Source: Bilabrum cf. latius
Taxonomy: Eukaryota
DNA: 64,000 nucleotides
Reading direction: 5' to 3'
NCBI GenBank assembly: GCA_965178125.1
Contig: OZ237756.1
Coordinates: forward strand, 372,001 to 436,000
Shown: in pieces, positions 60,852-64,000 of the stretch
Layout of the letters: every line of letters begins with the position of its first letter
Numbering within the stretch: position 1 is the first letter of the stretch
Notes under the pieces: generated by a model
Told to the model about the DNA's origin: nothing
What the model saw: only the letters and a program-made list of their open reading frames with translations
The model's database searches: none
Position numbers and translations under genes: made by a program

Positions 60852-63800
60852 ATACAGAAATACAGAAATACAGAAATACATTGTTGGGTAAAGATTCCAC
60901 AAGCACCCAGATGCACCGTTGCCCCCGAAGGAGTTCGAGTGATCACCTGAATCCAGAGGAGTCCTCAAACAAGGACTACAAGACCCCCGACCCTTTCAGG
61001 CCAAAGGCCCCCCAATCTCAGCCTACACCGCCGAGTCCCCTTTATTCGCCATCAATGTGGTCCCCCACAAGCCCTCAGCCTGATGCCTTCACAGGGAGAA
61101 AGCATACAGGTGCGGAGCATGTGCCCGGCACAAAGCGCGGTCCAGTCCCACATCAGGGTCCCCTGCCGGGACCCACCATTTCCTCCTCCATGACCGTCTC
61201 TGCGTCTCACGGTCCTTCAGAGAGGCTAGCATGCACGCGCTCATGCCTTTGGCCCATTGCCTCTCTATGTCCCTTAGCAAGCCGTGGGGCTTAAACATCC
61301 GTCGCTGTAGCCGAGCGTTCGCATTGGTTGCCGCTATCAGCTCTTGCGTGGCCGTGGCGGCAAGAGCAGCCGCCGCATCGCCTCGCATCCACTGCCTGCA
61401 CGTCAGCTACTCCTGCTAGCGCAGCTGGTTCCTGATCACCTGCACCACTCGGTTGGCCAGCTCCTTGACAGCTGTCCGTTCCGATGACCGCGCAATCGTA
61501 CGCTCTATCCGAGTGAGTGCGTCTTCGACGATTGGCTTGGCCCTGCTGGTGCGCTCCAGCTTCTCGTCCCAAGGGTCCTGAGCGAGAGCTGTCTTCGCCC
61601 ATGCTTTCCGGAGAGAGGCAGGGGACCTCCCTCTATTCTGATCCGCATCATCGGGTTGCCACGGTCTCGTTCCGGCGTGATGGTCATGCTCGGCCCGCTC
61701 CATCTGCTCTACCGCGGTGCCCATCACTTGAAGGTTGGGCGTGCCCTGTTGCGGGTATTGTCCAGCTCGGATGCGCAGAATTCGTCTTCCTTGGTGGCCG
61801 TATTCCTGCACCACCGCTGCTGTTGGCATGGCTCCTGGTCCGAAGGCATACCGTCCCTTCGTTGCGTACCGGTTAAGCATGACCACTCCCAGCGCAGCTC
61901 TCTCCCGGTCCCAATCCGACAGTGCCGGATCGTGCGAGCATCCCAGGCTCAGGCTTGTGAACGATCGGTCAGCAGCTCCGGATTTGGATTTCCTCCACTT
62001 TGTGACTTTTTTTGCAGTCTCCTGGCATCCCAGCCAGTCCTTCGCGTCATCGATCCGGTGGGTCCACCCTGCCATCTTGATCCTGAATCCCAGTGCCAGC
62101 GCGGCCCCGAGTGGGCCTGTCTGTACTGGTGGTCCCTGCAGGAATCGGCCCTGGTGGATGAACCTGGCCGCAACATCAAGGCCCTTCTTCGAGGGACACT
62201 CGATCAGGTCCAGCAGGCCCATAGCAACACGCCCTGCTGCCGATGCCGTCAGCAGCTCAGTGTCCATCGCAAGGTTTGGCACGTATCGACCGCCCATGGT
62301 GAAGGGCCTTACCTGTGTCGATCCGCTGACAATCATCCAGCGCGTATCCAGCAGGAATTTGTCCAGCATCTTGAGGACTTCCAGGTTCAGTTCCATCCCG
62401 TAGAAAACTTGGGAACCATATCCTAATCCTGACAAGGTGTCCCATCCTGTTGCACATGCCGCTGCCTCTGCTCCGTAGAATGCACTCGTGATTGCTCCTG
62501 CATGGAGCAGCTGGGCGTGCAGGGAGACCGCCCAGTTGCCGTTCACTGCCGCTCGTGTGATGTCCCTGGCCGCCCGGTACGCCATCGCAATCCTCCTGCG
62601 TACGTGGGGTGCCATATCAATTACCCAGATGTCTCTCGCCTGCGTCAGCCCAGCTACTTCATCTGGGCTGATCCGTACCGGTTGGGTCGAAATGAGTAGA
62701 CCGAGGTACAGGTAGGATGAGGCAAGTGGGATGGTCCACTCCCCATCCGTCTCTCCCGCGTCCGCTGCTCTGCATGCGACGCCCTCTGGCATGTCCCCAG
62801 GAATTGAGTCCCGAGCGTAGCCAAAGGCCATGATCGCTGTCTTGGTTCCCTGGCCCGATGCTGTCAGGGGCTTGATTCCCAGCTACATGCCCGCAAGTGC
62901 AAACAGGCTCTTGACTAGCTTCATGACCGCCACTGCTTCGTTCCAGTTCGACGTCAGTGCCACGTAGTCGTCTGCGTACCCGACTTGTCCACATTCAACG
63001 TATCGTCCGGTGTCGGTCACGATCCTTTGATGGTGCCCGTGCTGGAGCCTCTCTTTCCGCAGCGTTTCCAGGAGAACCCCCATCAGTACCAGGAAGATGG
63101 TGGGAGACAGAATCTCGCCCTAGGGGGTGCCCGCCGTCTTCTGCACTCTGGTAGAGACCCTCCTGGTGAGTGGGTCTCGAACGCGGATGGCCACCTGCAT
63201 GCGGGCCATGAGAAAGCGGACCGTCTGGCGTCCCCATCCTTGTTCCGTCATGATGGCCTCGATGATGTTCCACTTGCAACTGTCAAATGCTCCTTTGATG
63301 TCAAAGAATACCAGAAAACCTCCAGCACCCCTTCGTTGGGTAATCCATTCCATCACCGCTGAGTAGGCCTGCTGGCAGTTCTTGCCGATGCGAAATCCGG
63401 CCTAATCCTGGCCGAAGAGTCCGTGGTTTTCGCAGTACCACATGACCTTCTGGTTTGCGATGGTGCTTACGACCTTCGAGAGAGCCGAGGTCCAGCATAT
63501 TGGCCTGAATTCGTCGACTCCTGTGACTCCTGTGCCCTGCTTGCGCTTGGAGACCGGCCGCATGAACCCCTCCTGAAAGGCCTCAGGCTGAATCCCCGAG
63601 AAGAGTGTGAGATTATAAATGGCCCTGAGGAGGTCCAACAGAGCGTCACTTCGCCGCAGACACCCGTCCTCCTCAGAGCATGGCTAGCATTTGGTCAGCA
63701 ATTCCGCCCTGATCCCATCAGGTCCCACAGCTTTGTTGTGCTTGAGCTTGTCCAGTGCTTGATCCACCTCTGCGTTCGACCTGCAGAATAGGTTGAGCGG

Positions 63801-64000
63801 TGTCGCTGCCCTGGGCATGTGCGGCGCAATCCTGGCCATAAATCCGCCCACATCCGCACTTCCATTCCCACCTGCGTGAGAGAGCTGCTGTGCGTGTGCC
63901 TCTAGGATATCCTCGACGGCCGTAAGCACCTCTCCGCCTAGGTTCGTGATTGGTTCCAGTCCTGGTGCAGCTCGTTGCCTTCTAGAGATTGCATCAGCGA
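60852..64000 (-). mobile_element. Non-LTR retrotransposon (LINE); 5' end lies beyond the window
   Basis: RT ORF plus a short 3' UTR and a (TGTATTTC)3+ tail at 60852-60880. It interrupts the duplicated unit at ggggggat^cgtgtc (empty sites near 28737 and 46805). Confidence 0.92.
61089..63998 (-). CDS. LINE reverse transcriptase ORF (5'-partial)
   Basis: Motifs KAVGPDGI, FRPIC, (TAG)AGFR, FFDIKGAFDS, GTP(TAG)GEILSPTIF and YADD. One frame with TAGs at 63684, 63402, 63120, 62883, 61416 and 61407. Ends TGA 61089-61091. Confidence 0.9.

Noticed and set aside
393-63998. Pyrrolysine, UAG=Leu or UAG=Tyr/Glu decoding
   Set aside because: Conserved columns and paralogue swaps point to Gln. The isolated exceptions (57797 opposite TTG/GTG; DIFA(TAG)G) are explicable as ordinary substitutions.
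1-64000. tRNA (including a CUA-anticodon tRNA) or rRNA genes
   Set aside because: None recognised by eye; tRNAscan-SE or Infernal would be needed to exclude them.

Overview
Eukaryotic (protist-like) nuclear DNA, GC-rich, with short GT-AG introns. The main result is a non-standard genetic code. By manual count there are about 60 in-frame TAG codons inside otherwise intact genes. They fall at conserved Gln positions (Phe hydroxylase, BCAT, JmjC, histidine phosphatase, DMT, reverse transcriptase) and alternate with CAG between paralogues. No intact gene contains an internal TAA or TGA, and genes end in TGA (mostly) or TAA. So UAG appears to encode Gln while UAA stays a stop, and the supplied ORF track splits most genes into pieces. 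Bases 1-25.9 kb are a compact single-copy gene block: a partial secreted protein, Mis12, PRMT5, Phe hydroxylase, a Cys-rich membrane protein, an alpha/beta hydrolase, a histidine phosphatase, a GBP-like GTPase, a JmjC protein, a DMT transporter and BCAT. This block carries a strongly over-represented, frame-independent 12-mer, GTGTGACGAGTG. Bases 26-64 kb are an accessory region: five LRR(+ankyrin-like) paralogues, two secreted S8 proteases in a duplicated module, three minisatellite families, a tyrosine-recombinase element remnant, a decayed RLE-type retroelement and a young LINE that also uses TAG=Gln. All calls come from reading motifs by eye; no database searches were run.
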